Assembly: GCA_964418775.1 (NCBI GenBank)
Contig: CAYQNA010000002.1
Location: forward strand, 22,181-86,180
Length of the DNA: 64,000 nucleotides
Source: an uncultured Gammaproteobacteria bacterium
GTDB taxonomy: Bacteria; Patescibacteriota; Patescibacteriia; Magasanikbacterales; UBA922
Direction: 5' to 3'
Below, piece after piece: positions 1 to 8,614 of this stretch. Position 1 is the first letter of the stretch. Each line of letters starts with the position of its first letter. The notes beneath the pieces are model-generated. The model was not told where the DNA came from and did not search any database. It was given only the letters and a program-made list of their open reading frames with translations. The translations under genes and the position numbers were made by a program.

Positions 1-828
1 GACCAACGAGGCACTCGTGGCCCCATATTCGGCCAAACCTGCGCGCAAGCGCTCACAGGCACGGTACTGCAACGTACGGTCAATGGTGAGGACAAGGTCA
101 GCCCCATCCTGAGCGGGCTGGAACGAACGGCCAGCGAGCGGTATCCACGCGCCTTTGGCTCCACGCGCGGCAGCAACAAAACCGCCGGCGCCTGCCAACT
201 CCTTTTCCCAATACCCCTCGATACCATAACGCCCCACAGCTGTGCCGTCTTTTTCCTTCCCCACAAAGCCCAACACTGACGCAGCCAAAGTCTGCTCCGG
301 ATAATAGCGCTGCTCTTGGCGTACAAAATGCAAGCCTGTTAATTTTTTGGTTCTAAGCGCGTCGGCGACTGTAGCCTCAATCTTTTGCTCCAATGGTTCA
401 TACGGGTCAGTCCGCTTCATGAGCAAACCACGCACTTCGGCCTCGCGTTCAGGCGTATATTTGAATTGTTCACGCAAGGCAGCCAGGGTTTCATTCAGTT
501 TAGCTTCATCCAGAGTGTCGGTTTTTTTGTTCACAAATTCAGTTGTGTCCGCATACACCAAAAACACATCGCGATTAATCGCTACTGGGTATTCCTGGTT
601 GGTGCGTGAATCTTGCACAAAAATTTCCCCGCGCCGAGGCACGAGTTTAGCGGTACTTTCGTGAGAACCAACCGCAATCGCAGCATACACTTCGTGATCC
701 CACACCATAAGCACAAACAAGCGTCCAATCACGAGCGCGCCAAAAGCCAGACCAACCCATGTCGCCACACGCAAACGCTGCACAGTTTCAGGTGACTCAC
801 TAGATTGTCGACGCGAAAACCGAGCCAT
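1..828 (-). CDS. Penicillin-binding protein 2/FtsI-like (class B PBP), N-terminal dimerisation region; partial, continues beyond window start
   Basis: Hand translation of minus strand from ATG at 826-828: MARFSRRQSS...RRGEIFVQDSRTNQEYPVAINRDVFLVYADTTEF...YYPEQTLAASVLGFVGKEKDGTAVGRYGIEGYWEKELAG, typical PBP dimerisation-domain motifs; not in ORF track because it runs off the edge. Confidence 0.65.
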   Translation of the reverse strand, partial: MARFSRRQSSESPETVQRLRVATWVGLAFGALVIGRLFVLMVWDHEVYAAIAVGSHESTAKLVPRRGEIFVQDSRTNQEYPVAINRDVFLVYADTTEFVNKKTDTLDEAKLNETLAALREQFKYTPEREAEVRGLLMKRTDPYEPLEQKIEATVADALRTKKLTGLHFVRQEQRYYPEQTLAASVLGFVGKEKDGTAVGRYGIEGYWEKELAGAGGFVAAARGAKGAWIPLAGRSFQPAQDGADLVLTIDRTLQYRACERLRAGLAEYGATSASLV

Positions 829-871
829 GCCAGAGGGTTAAAATTACCCTCATTATAGCATATAAATACTC

Positions 872-900
872 TTGACACGATCCTTGTTTTAAAATATACT
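872..900 (+). promoter_or_regulatory. sigma70-type promoter TTGACA-17-TATACT
   Basis: TTGACA 872-877, 17-nt spacer, TATACT 895-900; same architecture as the promoters at 50129 and 59446(-). Confidence 0.5.
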
Positions 901-906
901 GCAATT

Positions 907-1037
907 ACATTTGCCTTCGGGCTCCGAGGCCTTGCCTTGTTTACAAGGTCTGGCCGCCAAACGGTTTGGTTTTACCAAACTGACACCTGCCTTCGGGCTC
1001 CGAGATTCCGACTCCACAAGAGTCGGTTTCGCTTTTT
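907..1037 (+). ncRNA. Candidate small structured RNA (about 130 nt) between the promoter and an intrinsic terminator
   Basis: No ORF; duplicated 16-mer GCCTTCGGGCTCCGAG at 913-928 and 989-1004 (UUCG tetraloop hairpins); CCUUG-UUUA-CAAGG hairpin; ccaaac/gtttgg/ccaaac alternative pairing at 957-980; ends in terminator hairpin CCGACUC-CACAA-GAGUCGG plus U-tract (1008-1037). Confidence 0.35.
1008..1037 (+). terminator. Rho-independent terminator; U-tract overlaps the stop codon of the convergent MazF gene
   Basis: 7-bp GC stem ccgactc/gagtcgg, 5-nt loop, then tttcgcttttt. Confidence 0.5.
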
Positions 1038-1425
1038 ATATTAGATTTTTGTAGGAATTTTTGATATTTTCAAACTCCTCTGTAGGCAAAACTGCAATCT
1101 TACGAGAAAACCTTTGGCTGCTGATTACACGAGACTGATCCAACAATAACACGCTACGTTTATTTTTAAAGAATGTTGGTATTTCACGAACGGATTCCGA
1201 TTCTCGGGACGTTGCTGGTACGACCAAGGCTGTATCTTGAGTATGCTTTTTTAAAACTAAAACCGGTCTTTCGCACCAATAATTTCGACCATCTTGTTCG
1301 TGGCCCACGTTAATACCAATACTACCCCACCAAATTTCTCGCTCCTTAAAATATAACTGAGGCGCTCGTTGACAAAGCGCAATTTGAACTTCGGCCCAGC
1401 GCCGAATCTGCTGAGTTTTATCCAT
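1036..1425 (-). CDS. Type II toxin MazF/PemK-family endoribonuclease; no adjacent antitoxin ORF
   Basis: REIWWGSIGINVGHEQDGRNYWCERPVLVLKK...ALVVPATSRE...VLLLDQSRVIS aligns motif-by-motif with MazF (IWVDFDPTKGSEQAGHRPAVVLS...CVPCTTQSK); ATG at 1423-1425 preceded by AAGGAGG. Confidence 0.65.
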   Translation of the reverse strand: MDKTQQIRRWAEVQIALCQRAPQLYFKEREIWWGSIGINVGHEQDGRNYWCERPVLVLKKHTQDTALVVPATSRESESVREIPTFFKNKRSVLLLDQSRVISSQRFSRKIAVLPTEEFENIKNSYKNLI

Positions 1426-1545
1426 AGTCCCTCCTTGGATTAAAAATAATGTGTTGATTGTAGCAAAAAATTACGAAGTATTTTAGAAATCTTTGTCAAG
1501 AGCCTTACTTGCACTTTAATAAACACAACGATATAATCGCCCAAT

Positions 1546-1998
1546 ATGAAAATATCTTGCAGACCATTCAAAAAAGAAGATTTTACAGAATACCAAAGTT
1601 GGTTTTCTGATAATATCCTTAACCAAGAGCTCGGACCAATGGAAAAAGATGATGAGTGGTTAAACCATGTATTGAGAGAAACAATGGGGAAAGAATTCAG
1701 CTTCTTTATGGGCGAAGAACTAATTGCAGTGGTAGGAATTTTATTCCCCACCCAAAACGAACAGGCTTTTTACATTACTGATTTTGCGGTTAAACCAAAC
1801 CAACAAGGAAAGGGTGTGGGGTCAGCCGTACTAACCTATCTTTTATCTTTACACAAAGTAGAAACGGTCAAAATCTGGAAAGTTTATGTAAACAAAAGGA
1901 ATAAACTTGCACAAAAATTTTTTGAGAAAAATAAGTGGGATCACATTGACACTCCACCTGAAAAAGAAATGCTGCAAATGCAGCATACTATTTTGTAA
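1546..1998 (+). CDS. GNAT family N-acetyltransferase
   Basis: Acetyl-CoA binding motif VKPNQQGKGVGSAVL; 150 aa; ATG start. Confidence 0.7.
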   Translation: MKISCRPFKKEDFTEYQSWFSDNILNQELGPMEKDDEWLNHVLRETMGKEFSFFMGEELIAVVGILFPTQNEQAFYITDFAVKPNQQGKGVGSAVLTYLLSLHKVETVKIWKVYVNKRNKLAQKFFEKNKWDHIDTPPEKEMLQMQHTIL

Positions 1999-3157
1999 CC
2001 TCAGGACGAGCCGCAGCATTGGCAGCGGCTTTTTTGTAAATGTCGAGCATTTGTTTGGCGACGAGGTCGATGTCGAATTTTTGTTCAGCGATTTTGCGAG
2101 CCCGCGCGCCCCAGCCAGACTGGTCATTGCCACGCGCGAAATAGCCGTAGAGCGCATCAGCCAGGTCCGAGGCGCTGCGCGGCTCTACCAACGTACCGGC
2201 TTCGAGTGCGAGCGTGCGCACGCCCGGGAGGTCAGTCGCAATCACCGGCAAACCACTGGCCAGGGCTTCCAAAATCACCATCCCAAACGCTTCACCGCGC
2301 GTAGTTGATGGCAAGACCAATAAATCCGCGGCATTGTACACGGCTGGTAAACTGGCGTCATCAACTTGACCCAAAAAACGCACGCGGTCAGTAATCCCAA
2401 GACCCGCAGCACGGGTTTCAAATTCGGCACGCAAGTCACCGTCACCAACCAAGAGTGCCTGCACCATTAATCCCCCATTTTTTACCATAGTGAGCGCGTC
2501 GAGAAGTACAGGGACACCTTTGAAAAAATGCGCACGATCCATACCGCCCACAAACACAATTATTGGTGCGTTTGGATTTAGACCTGAAGCAGCGAGCCAG
2601 TCGACAGGTTTTGGGTTTGGAGCAAAACGCTTGGTATCAACTCCAAATGGGACCTCAAACCAATGTTCCGGTTTGGCTTGATACAATTTTTTGGCATCAC
2701 TGGCCGTAAGATAATCAAAAGAGGCTGAGTGTAGGGCATCGGCTACGCCCAAAATCTTTGGCAACCAAAACGTCGCGTAATATTTAAAAAACAAACCAAG
2801 CCAACCCTGCGCACGATTATCCATGTGATACGTGACTACAAGTGGGATGCGTGGATTTTTTTTCTTCCAGCGGCGCACCAAATTAGCCGTACCAAAAAAT
2901 GGATAGTGCAAATGTACTAAATCAAACTGGGAAAGTTCGGATGACAAACCTGGCAACCACGCCGCGTTTCCGTATTTAAAACCTGGCTTAAGACGGGTCG
3001 CGAGCATCGTATCATCCTCGGTCGGGCCCTCGAATTGTGGTGTGTACACACGCACATCATGGCCTAGCCGAATTTGCGCATTGGCCATTTCGAACGCCAC
3101 ATTTCCCATGCCGCTGTAATACGGTGGAAACCGACACACAATGTGCGCAATTTTCAT
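1988..3157 (-). CDS. Glycosyltransferase family 4 (GT-B)
   Basis: C-terminal EAFGMVILEALASGLPVIATDLPG GT4 signature. Track ORF starts at a TTG (3196); trimmed to ATG (MKIAHIV...) at 3155-3157, 1 nt after the upstream stop. Confidence 0.75.
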   Translation of the reverse strand: MKIAHIVCRFPPYYSGMGNVAFEMANAQIRLGHDVRVYTPQFEGPTEDDTMLATRLKPGFKYGNAAWLPGLSSELSQFDLVHLHYPFFGTANLVRRWKKKNPRIPLVVTYHMDNRAQGWLGLFFKYYATFWLPKILGVADALHSASFDYLTASDAKKLYQAKPEHWFEVPFGVDTKRFAPNPKPVDWLAASGLNPNAPIIVFVGGMDRAHFFKGVPVLLDALTMVKNGGLMVQALLVGDGDLRAEFETRAAGLGITDRVRFLGQVDDASLPAVYNAADLLVLPSTTRGEAFGMVILEALASGLPVIATDLPGVRTLALEAGTLVEPRSASDLADALYGYFARGNDQSGWGARARKIAEQKFDIDLVAKQMLDIYKKAAANAAARPEVTK

Positions 3158-3158
3158 A

Positions 3159-3491
3159 TTAGCGATTCGCATTTTCAACTGCTTCGCGCCGCACAACCTG
3201 TGTTACCTGGCGATTAATGGTTTCCATTTTTACATGCAAACGAAAAAGCAAAAAGAAAATTGCGGCAATTGCGGCGTACACGACCACATCGGTCCCACGC
3301 CCGATCCCCAAAGCTTTAGCAACTTGTTGAGTACTTTCGGGCCACATGACCACTGCCCACGCGCCAACCCAAACTAACACCCAAAATGACGCCGCGCGTC
3401 CACTAAGGCCTTTATTTTTAAATTGCAAAAATGTGGCCACGAGCGCGCCAATTGCAAAAATGCTAAACAAAATTTGAAATAACCCAAACAT
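3159..3491 (-). CDS. Small membrane protein, DUF2304-like (commonly partners a GT2)
   Basis: 110 aa, 3-4 predicted TM helices; sits directly downstream of a DPM1-like GT2. Confidence 0.5.
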   Translation of the reverse strand: MFGLFQILFSIFAIGALVATFLQFKNKGLSGRAASFWVLVWVGAWAVVMWPESTQQVAKALGIGRGTDVVVYAAIAAIFFLLFRLHVKMETINRQVTQVVRREAVENANR

Positions 3492-3492
3492 A

Positions 3493-4155
3493 TTATTTTT
3501 TAATAAAAGCCCCTAAAAACAGGTCGCGCACAATTGCCACTGCCCCACGGCTCCCCTGTCCGTATTCATGATACTGTACGGTAACGGGAAATTCGCGCCA
3601 CGTCAAATTATGTCGTTTGATTTGGGACAAAATTTCCGTGGCATGAGCCATGCGATCTTGCTGCAATTCAATCGTCTCAAGGGCCCGCGGACCAAGCACG
3701 CGGAAACCATTGTGCGCATCGCTCAAATGTAACCCAACAAACAAACGATGAAACCAGCGTGCCGCCGGCAATAAAATACGACGTTTAAACCAGGGCACAT
3801 GCACCGTATCTTTTAAAAACCGCGAACCAAGCACAATGTCTGCACCATGCTCTTCCAAAAATTGCACAGCTGGAACAATATCAGCGGCGCTCAATTGCCC
3901 ATCACCATCAAAATGAATCACATATTTTGCCCCACGCTGACGTGCGTAGGCATGTCCAGTCTCCAAGGCCGCACCCTGTCCGCGGTTAATTCGGTGCGAC
4001 AACACCGTAGCTCCCGCGGCCTTAGCAATCACTTCCGTATCATCGCGCGAACCATCGTCGACCACCACGACTTCGTCAACAACACCGCGCAGTGCCGCCA
4101 CTACGTCACGAATTCGCTCTCGCTCATTAAATGCTGGCACTATCGCAAGCCACAT
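3493..4155 (-). CDS. Glycosyltransferase family 2 (polyprenol-phosphate sugar transferase-like)
   Basis: IVPAFNERERI...VVVDDGSRDDT...HFDGDGQ GT2 motifs. Track start is TTG at 4278; ATG (MWLAIVPAFNE) at 4153-4155. Confidence 0.75.
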   Translation of the reverse strand: MWLAIVPAFNERERIRDVVAALRGVVDEVVVVDDGSRDDTEVIAKAAGATVLSHRINRGQGAALETGHAYARQRGAKYVIHFDGDGQLSAADIVPAVQFLEEHGADIVLGSRFLKDTVHVPWFKRRILLPAARWFHRLFVGLHLSDAHNGFRVLGPRALETIELQQDRMAHATEILSQIKRHNLTWREFPVTVQYHEYGQGSRGAVAIVRDLFLGAFIKK

Positions 4156-4156
4156 A

Positions 4157-5170
4157 TTATTCACCAATTTCTTTGTTAGCGAGTGTGTAATCGACCGTGC
4201 GTTGTAAACCATCTTCGAGACGCGTAATCGGCAACCACCCCAACTCATCTTTGGCACGACGCAAATCGGGAATACCAATTAAAGTCAAAAAATCGAGCGG
4301 CGGTTCAAATTTTACATTTGATTTTGAATTGGCCAAACTCACAATCGTGCGCGCCACATCGGCCAAACGCACTGGTTGGTCTGAACCAACATTTACCAAA
4401 CTAATCTTAGGACCGGAGCTCATCAAACGCACGAGCGCATCGACCAAGTCAGATACAAAGCAGAGCGACTCTTGTAACTGCTCAGTACCGTAAATGGTTA
4501 AATCATTACCTTCGAGCGCATTCAAAATAAAATCTGGAATCATGAGCCCATCGCGTAAACGCATACGCGGGCCATAGGTTGGGAACACGCGTGCAATTTT
4601 GGCATCGAGCCCATATACTTGGCGGTATGTGTCCACGCATGTTTCCGCAAAACGTTTGCCTTCGTCATAACACCCGCGTGGCGATAAATGATTTACCCGA
4701 CCTTCGTCACCTTCGTTAAAAAAATAATGTTCGGGAGTGGCCTGACCATATACGACCGCGCTCGAAGTAAACACGTATTTGGCCTTGTATTTCACGGCCA
4801 AATCAAGCGTCGATAGCATGGCGCGCGAATTGGCCCACAGCGAATGAATTTTTAAATTTTCAAAATTCTTTGGACTACTTGGACAAGCCAGGTGATAAAT
4901 TTCCTGAATACCCTGAAATTTGACCTTAAATTTATCAAGCTCGGGGAAATCATGTAGGTCAATAGCCTGATTCACGTCGTATTTTATAAATTCAAAGTCA
5001 GGATACTGCAACAAATGTTCTATATTACCGAGACGTGAATTCGACAAGTCGTCCATGCAAATCACATTGGCATCGCGCAGCAAACGTTCGCACAAATGCG
5101 AACCAATAAAACCAGCCCCGCCGGTCACGAGCACATTTTTTTTCTCAAAAATTGGCGCAGAGTTTAGCAT
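4157..5170 (-). CDS. NAD-dependent epimerase/dehydratase, UDP-glucuronate decarboxylase (UXS)-like
   Basis: [19 protein letters not shown], YxxxK region. Track start is GTG at 5188; ATG (MLNSAPIF) at 5168-5170. Confidence 0.7.
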   Translation of the reverse strand: MLNSAPIFEKKNVLVTGGAGFIGSHLCERLLRDANVICMDDLSNSRLGNIEHLLQYPDFEFIKYDVNQAIDLHDFPELDKFKVKFQGIQEIYHLACPSSPKNFENLKIHSLWANSRAMLSTLDLAVKYKAKYVFTSSAVVYGQATPEHYFFNEGDEGRVNHLSPRGCYDEGKRFAETCVDTYRQVYGLDAKIARVFPTYGPRMRLRDGLMIPDFILNALEGNDLTIYGTEQLQESLCFVSDLVDALVRLMSSGPKISLVNVGSDQPVRLADVARTIVSLANSKSNVKFEPPLDFLTLIGIPDLRRAKDELGWLPITRLEDGLQRTVDYTLANKEIGE

Positions 5171-5178
5171 ACAGAAAA

Positions 5179-7164
5179 TTAAGGCCACAATACCCAGCGG
5201 CGGCCACTTGATAATTCTGAAAACAATGAAATTTCTTCAACTACACGACCAGAGTAATCAAGCACACGTGCTGGCGCGGTACTGGTCGTTGGGTACATAA
5301 TTATTTCGGCACGCGCATCATCGTTGTAATCCCCGACCGTCCAGTCCCATTGCGCGGAAGGAGCCGTGATCGGCAAACCAAGTTCCCACTCAGCCGCCAT
5401 ATTATACAGCTTTACCGTTGGGTTTAGACCAACTGGCGCCACCACAATTGAACCTTGTCCGCGCGCATCAAAATCACCGGCTGCCAAGCGGTACTCAGCT
5501 TTTGGCAAAGTCACGGTGGCGACGGTTTTACCATTACGTGCCGTAATTAACTGCACACCGTTTGTTTGCGAAACCAGTGCTGCCAAAGACCAATTGCCAG
5601 TATCTGGCACACTGGTTAATTGCGTCACACCTTTGTGCGCTGCGCCTAAATCCCAGGTACCAACTTTTTTTCCAACCACACTGTACAATTCGACCACAGT
5701 TTTACGGCTAGCCGCTGTGGCCACAGCCAAACGGGCGTCCTGGCCAGCCGATTTTTCAAACGCCAATATAACTGGATTTGGCGACGCAATTACAAACGAA
5801 CCAGTCGCATTCCACTGCTTATCGTAGACAGTAATGCGCTGATTTTTTTTACCCTCGGCCTTGGCCACGGCATAATACTCCGTGCAGGGAAATTGATGAA
5901 ACGCCGCCACCGCATTTGTGCCTGCAAACGTACCCATGGTGAAAAATCCACGCGACGTGGCCGTGGTGCGCGCGGTGGTGGTTGGTAATAACCAATCTTC
6001 AACTCGGCGTGCATCACCAGCCCACAAACCAACACTACCCATGTACGGGTAAATCCCGACATCCGAACTTTTGCGCGGCCCGGCATTGGCCGCACGGACA
6101 GCACGGTCAACCCGCAACAAGCCATACCCATAATATTGCTGATACGCCGTATCCGAAGCCATGCACGTATGTGAAACACGTCCCAGCATGGCACGATAAA
6201 TATCATCAGCCTTCCAATCGGGACGCAAAGCTTTAATTAAAACGGCTGCACCCGAGGCAAATGGGGTTGCAAACGAGGTGCCAGCCCACCCAGACACGTA
6301 CCCGTCAACACCATACCAACCGGCCGCATTCACGTTTTCGCCCGGCGCGGTTAAATCAATACAATCCGGACCGTAATTCGAGAAACTCGACAAACGACGG
6401 TCTTCGCTCACGGCACTGAGGCCAATCACCCACTGCTTGGCAGCGCCGCGGTCAGTACACACGGGAAATGACGGCAAGTCTGTATAAGAGGCGGCCAAAT
6501 TCCCGGCCGATGCAAACACTGCGACACCACGGTCCACGGCAAAACGCAACGCTGTACGCAACGTTTCGTCGTCCTGTTGACTATTCACGCTCAAATTAAT
6601 AATTGAAGCACCGTTTTTGACTGCATACGTGATTGCCTCGGCCAGGTCACCGTTAAATCCATCGCCTTTATTGTCTGCAGCACGCAAATTCATTAAGCGC
6701 ACCTCCCAAGCAATCCCTGCCCCATCGCGACTATTATTACCAATAGCCCCAATAATCCCAGCTACTGAGGTGCCGTGACTAATACCAATGTCTGATTGGT
6801 CCGGTGCCAAATACTGAGCATCAGGCGCCGGGTCATTGTCATTGTTTACAAAATCCCAACCATTTACATCATCAACATAGCCGTTCTGGTCATCGTCACG
6901 ACCATTGCCTGGCACTTCGGCTTCGTTGCGCCACATATTGGCCTGCAGATCGGCGTGACTGGCCACAATCCCATTGTCGATAACAGCCACAATGACATCA
7001 TGGCTGCCCGTGGTATAATCCCAGGCCAGTGGTACACCTGTTGCAGTGTACCCCCATTGCTGAATATGGGGATCATTGGCGTTTCGTGCCAAAGCAAGCC
7101 CTGGTTCAAAGCTCAAAAAGATTGCGGAAAATACTAAAAAAATTCTGGTTATTTTACCCTGCAT
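5179..7164 (-). CDS. Secreted S8 (subtilisin-like) serine peptidase with C-terminal FG-GAP/VCBS-like repeats
   Basis: Signal peptide; catalytic triad contexts VIDNGI (D), HGTSVAG (H), GTSFATP (S); C-terminal GDFDARGQGSIVVAP / GDYNDDARAEIIMYP repeats. Confidence 0.8.
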   Translation of the reverse strand: MQGKITRIFLVFSAIFLSFEPGLALARNANDPHIQQWGYTATGVPLAWDYTTGSHDVIVAVIDNGIVASHADLQANMWRNEAEVPGNGRDDDQNGYVDDVNGWDFVNNDNDPAPDAQYLAPDQSDIGISHGTSVAGIIGAIGNNSRDGAGIAWEVRLMNLRAADNKGDGFNGDLAEAITYAVKNGASIINLSVNSQQDDETLRTALRFAVDRGVAVFASAGNLAASYTDLPSFPVCTDRGAAKQWVIGLSAVSEDRRLSSFSNYGPDCIDLTAPGENVNAAGWYGVDGYVSGWAGTSFATPFASGAAVLIKALRPDWKADDIYRAMLGRVSHTCMASDTAYQQYYGYGLLRVDRAVRAANAGPRKSSDVGIYPYMGSVGLWAGDARRVEDWLLPTTTARTTATSRGFFTMGTFAGTNAVAAFHQFPCTEYYAVAKAEGKKNQRITVYDKQWNATGSFVIASPNPVILAFEKSAGQDARLAVATAASRKTVVELYSVVGKKVGTWDLGAAHKGVTQLTSVPDTGNWSLAALVSQTNGVQLITARNGKTVATVTLPKAEYRLAAGDFDARGQGSIVVAPVGLNPTVKLYNMAAEWELGLPITAPSAQWDWTVGDYNDDARAEIIMYPTTSTAPARVLDYSGRVVEEISLFSELSSGRRWVLWP

Positions 7165-7228
7165 ACCCTTGATTTTTTCCTAAAATATGATATAAATAGT
7201 ATACCATATTGACCTCTCTGACTCAATT

Positions 7229-8614
7229 ATGAAATCCGGCTACCGACTTCAACAAATCCTACTTTTGCTTGGCGACCTTGGCACATACCTGCTGGCGCTG
7301 TGGTTTGGTTTGTTTATTCGCCACTTGGCGCTGCCTACAGCTGACCGATATATTGAACACCTGCCTCTGTTTGGCAGTCTTTTTGTTGGTTGGGTGATTA
7401 TTAACTACATCAATGGCCTGTACGATTTAGGTCGTTTTACTGAACGCAGCCATTACCGTCGTTTATTTGAATCAGCGGCTTTTTTCTTTTTAATTAGCGC
7501 TTTGACCCTATACGCGGCTGACCCAGGTCTCACACCAAAGACAATTTTATTCCTCACTGTGCTGGTGGGGTACTGCTTAAGTACAGCCTGGCGCATGTTG
7601 TATTACCGAGTGATCGTGCAACACACGTTGCACACACGTCTGATTATTTTAGGTCATGACCCAGAGGTGGCTGAACTGATTCGCTTAACCAAACAGCACC
7701 CAGAAAAAGGCTACCAAGTTGTGGCCCTGTTTGACCCTCGTCGCGAAGTTGGGGCCAATAAGCTGGAGGGTATTGATGTGTATACTTCAATGACTGCGTT
7801 ACGCGCTGCAATTACCACCCACAAAGCCAATGTAATTGCCGCTGCCAGTTCAGTCCAAAATGACGAAGTGGTGATTCGTGAATTGTATGAATTATTGTTT
7901 TGGCCAGTGCGCGTCACTGACCTCTCGTCTTTGTACGAAACAATTACCGGCCGCGTACCGCCCAGTGCGTTTTCCGAAACCTGGTTTTTGCGCAATGTAG
8001 GGGCTGTGGATGCGCCAGGATACCGTTTGTTCCGTTTGTTTTTGGATGGCTTGGCTACATTGCTCATGACTACAGTCTTAGTGATCTTGTTCCCAATTAT
8101 TGCTCTGGCGATCAAACTATCCTCAAAAGGACCGATTTTCTTTGGTCAACAACGCGTTGGTCGCGGCGGCACCCTATTTACCATGCACAAATTCCGCACC
8201 ATGTATGTGCTTGCCGCTGACGGCAGTGCCGAGACTCATGGGGCCCAATTTGCCACCAAAGACGATGCCCGCATTACGGCGGTGGGTCGCTTTTTGCGCC
8301 GCACCCGTTTGGACGAACTGCCTCAGGCCGTAAACATGCTCCGCGGGGAAATTAGTTTAATTGGCCCACGCCCCGAGCGCCCTGAATTTGTGCGCACCCT
8401 GGCGGCCAGCATGCCCTACTACGCGCTCCGTCACGTAGTTCGCCCTGGCATTACCGGCTGGGCCGCGATCAACCAAAACTACACGGACAATCTGGAGACC
8501 ACCCTCCAAAAATTACAATACGATCTATTCTATATAAAAAATCGCTCTGCCCTGTTGGACATCGCGATTCTATTGCGCACAATAAACGTGGTTGTGCGCA
8601 TGCTGGGCCAATAA
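7229..8614 (+). CDS. Polyprenyl glycosylphosphotransferase (WbaP/CpsE-type sugar transferase)
   Basis: Four N-terminal TM helices, then KGPIFFGQQRVGRGG...DELPQAVNMLRGEISLIGPRPE bacterial sugar transferase domain. Confidence 0.85.
   Translation: MKSGYRLQQILLLLGDLGTYLLALWFGLFIRHLALPTADRYIEHLPLFGSLFVGWVIINYINGLYDLGRFTERSHYRRLFESAAFFFLISALTLYAADPGLTPKTILFLTVLVGYCLSTAWRMLYYRVIVQHTLHTRLIILGHDPEVAELIRLTKQHPEKGYQVVALFDPRREVGANKLEGIDVYTSMTALRAAITTHKANVIAAASSVQNDEVVIRELYELLFWPVRVTDLSSLYETITGRVPPSAFSETWFLRNVGAVDAPGYRLFRLFLDGLATLLMTTVLVILFPIIALAIKLSSKGPIFFGQQRVGRGGTLFTMHKFRTMYVLAADGSAETHGAQFATKDDARITAVGRFLRRTRLDELPQAVNMLRGEISLIGPRPERPEFVRTLAASMPYYALRHVVRPGITGWAAINQNYTDNLETTLQKLQYDLFYIKNRSALLDIAILLRTINVVVRMLGQ

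Noticed and set aside
347-795. Three short plus-strand ORFs (347..664, 385..609, 613..795)
   Set aside because: They lie antisense to a clear PBP2/FtsI-like coding frame on the minus strand (1-828) and have no motifs of their own, so they are shadow ORFs.
907-1037. SRP (4.5S) RNA or 6S RNA identity for the candidate sRNA
   Set aside because: It has only a weak GUUUAC-AGGUC resemblance to SRP domain IV and lacks the conserved GGAA tetraloop and AGCAGC core. It is too short and wrongly structured for 6S. It is kept as an unclassified sRNA candidate.
1440-1751. 103-aa minus-strand ORF as a possible MazE antitoxin
   Set aside because: It starts inside the GNAT gene on the opposite strand, is not adjacent in frame to the toxin start, and has no antitoxin-like sequence. 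It overlaps a well-supported GNAT CDS.
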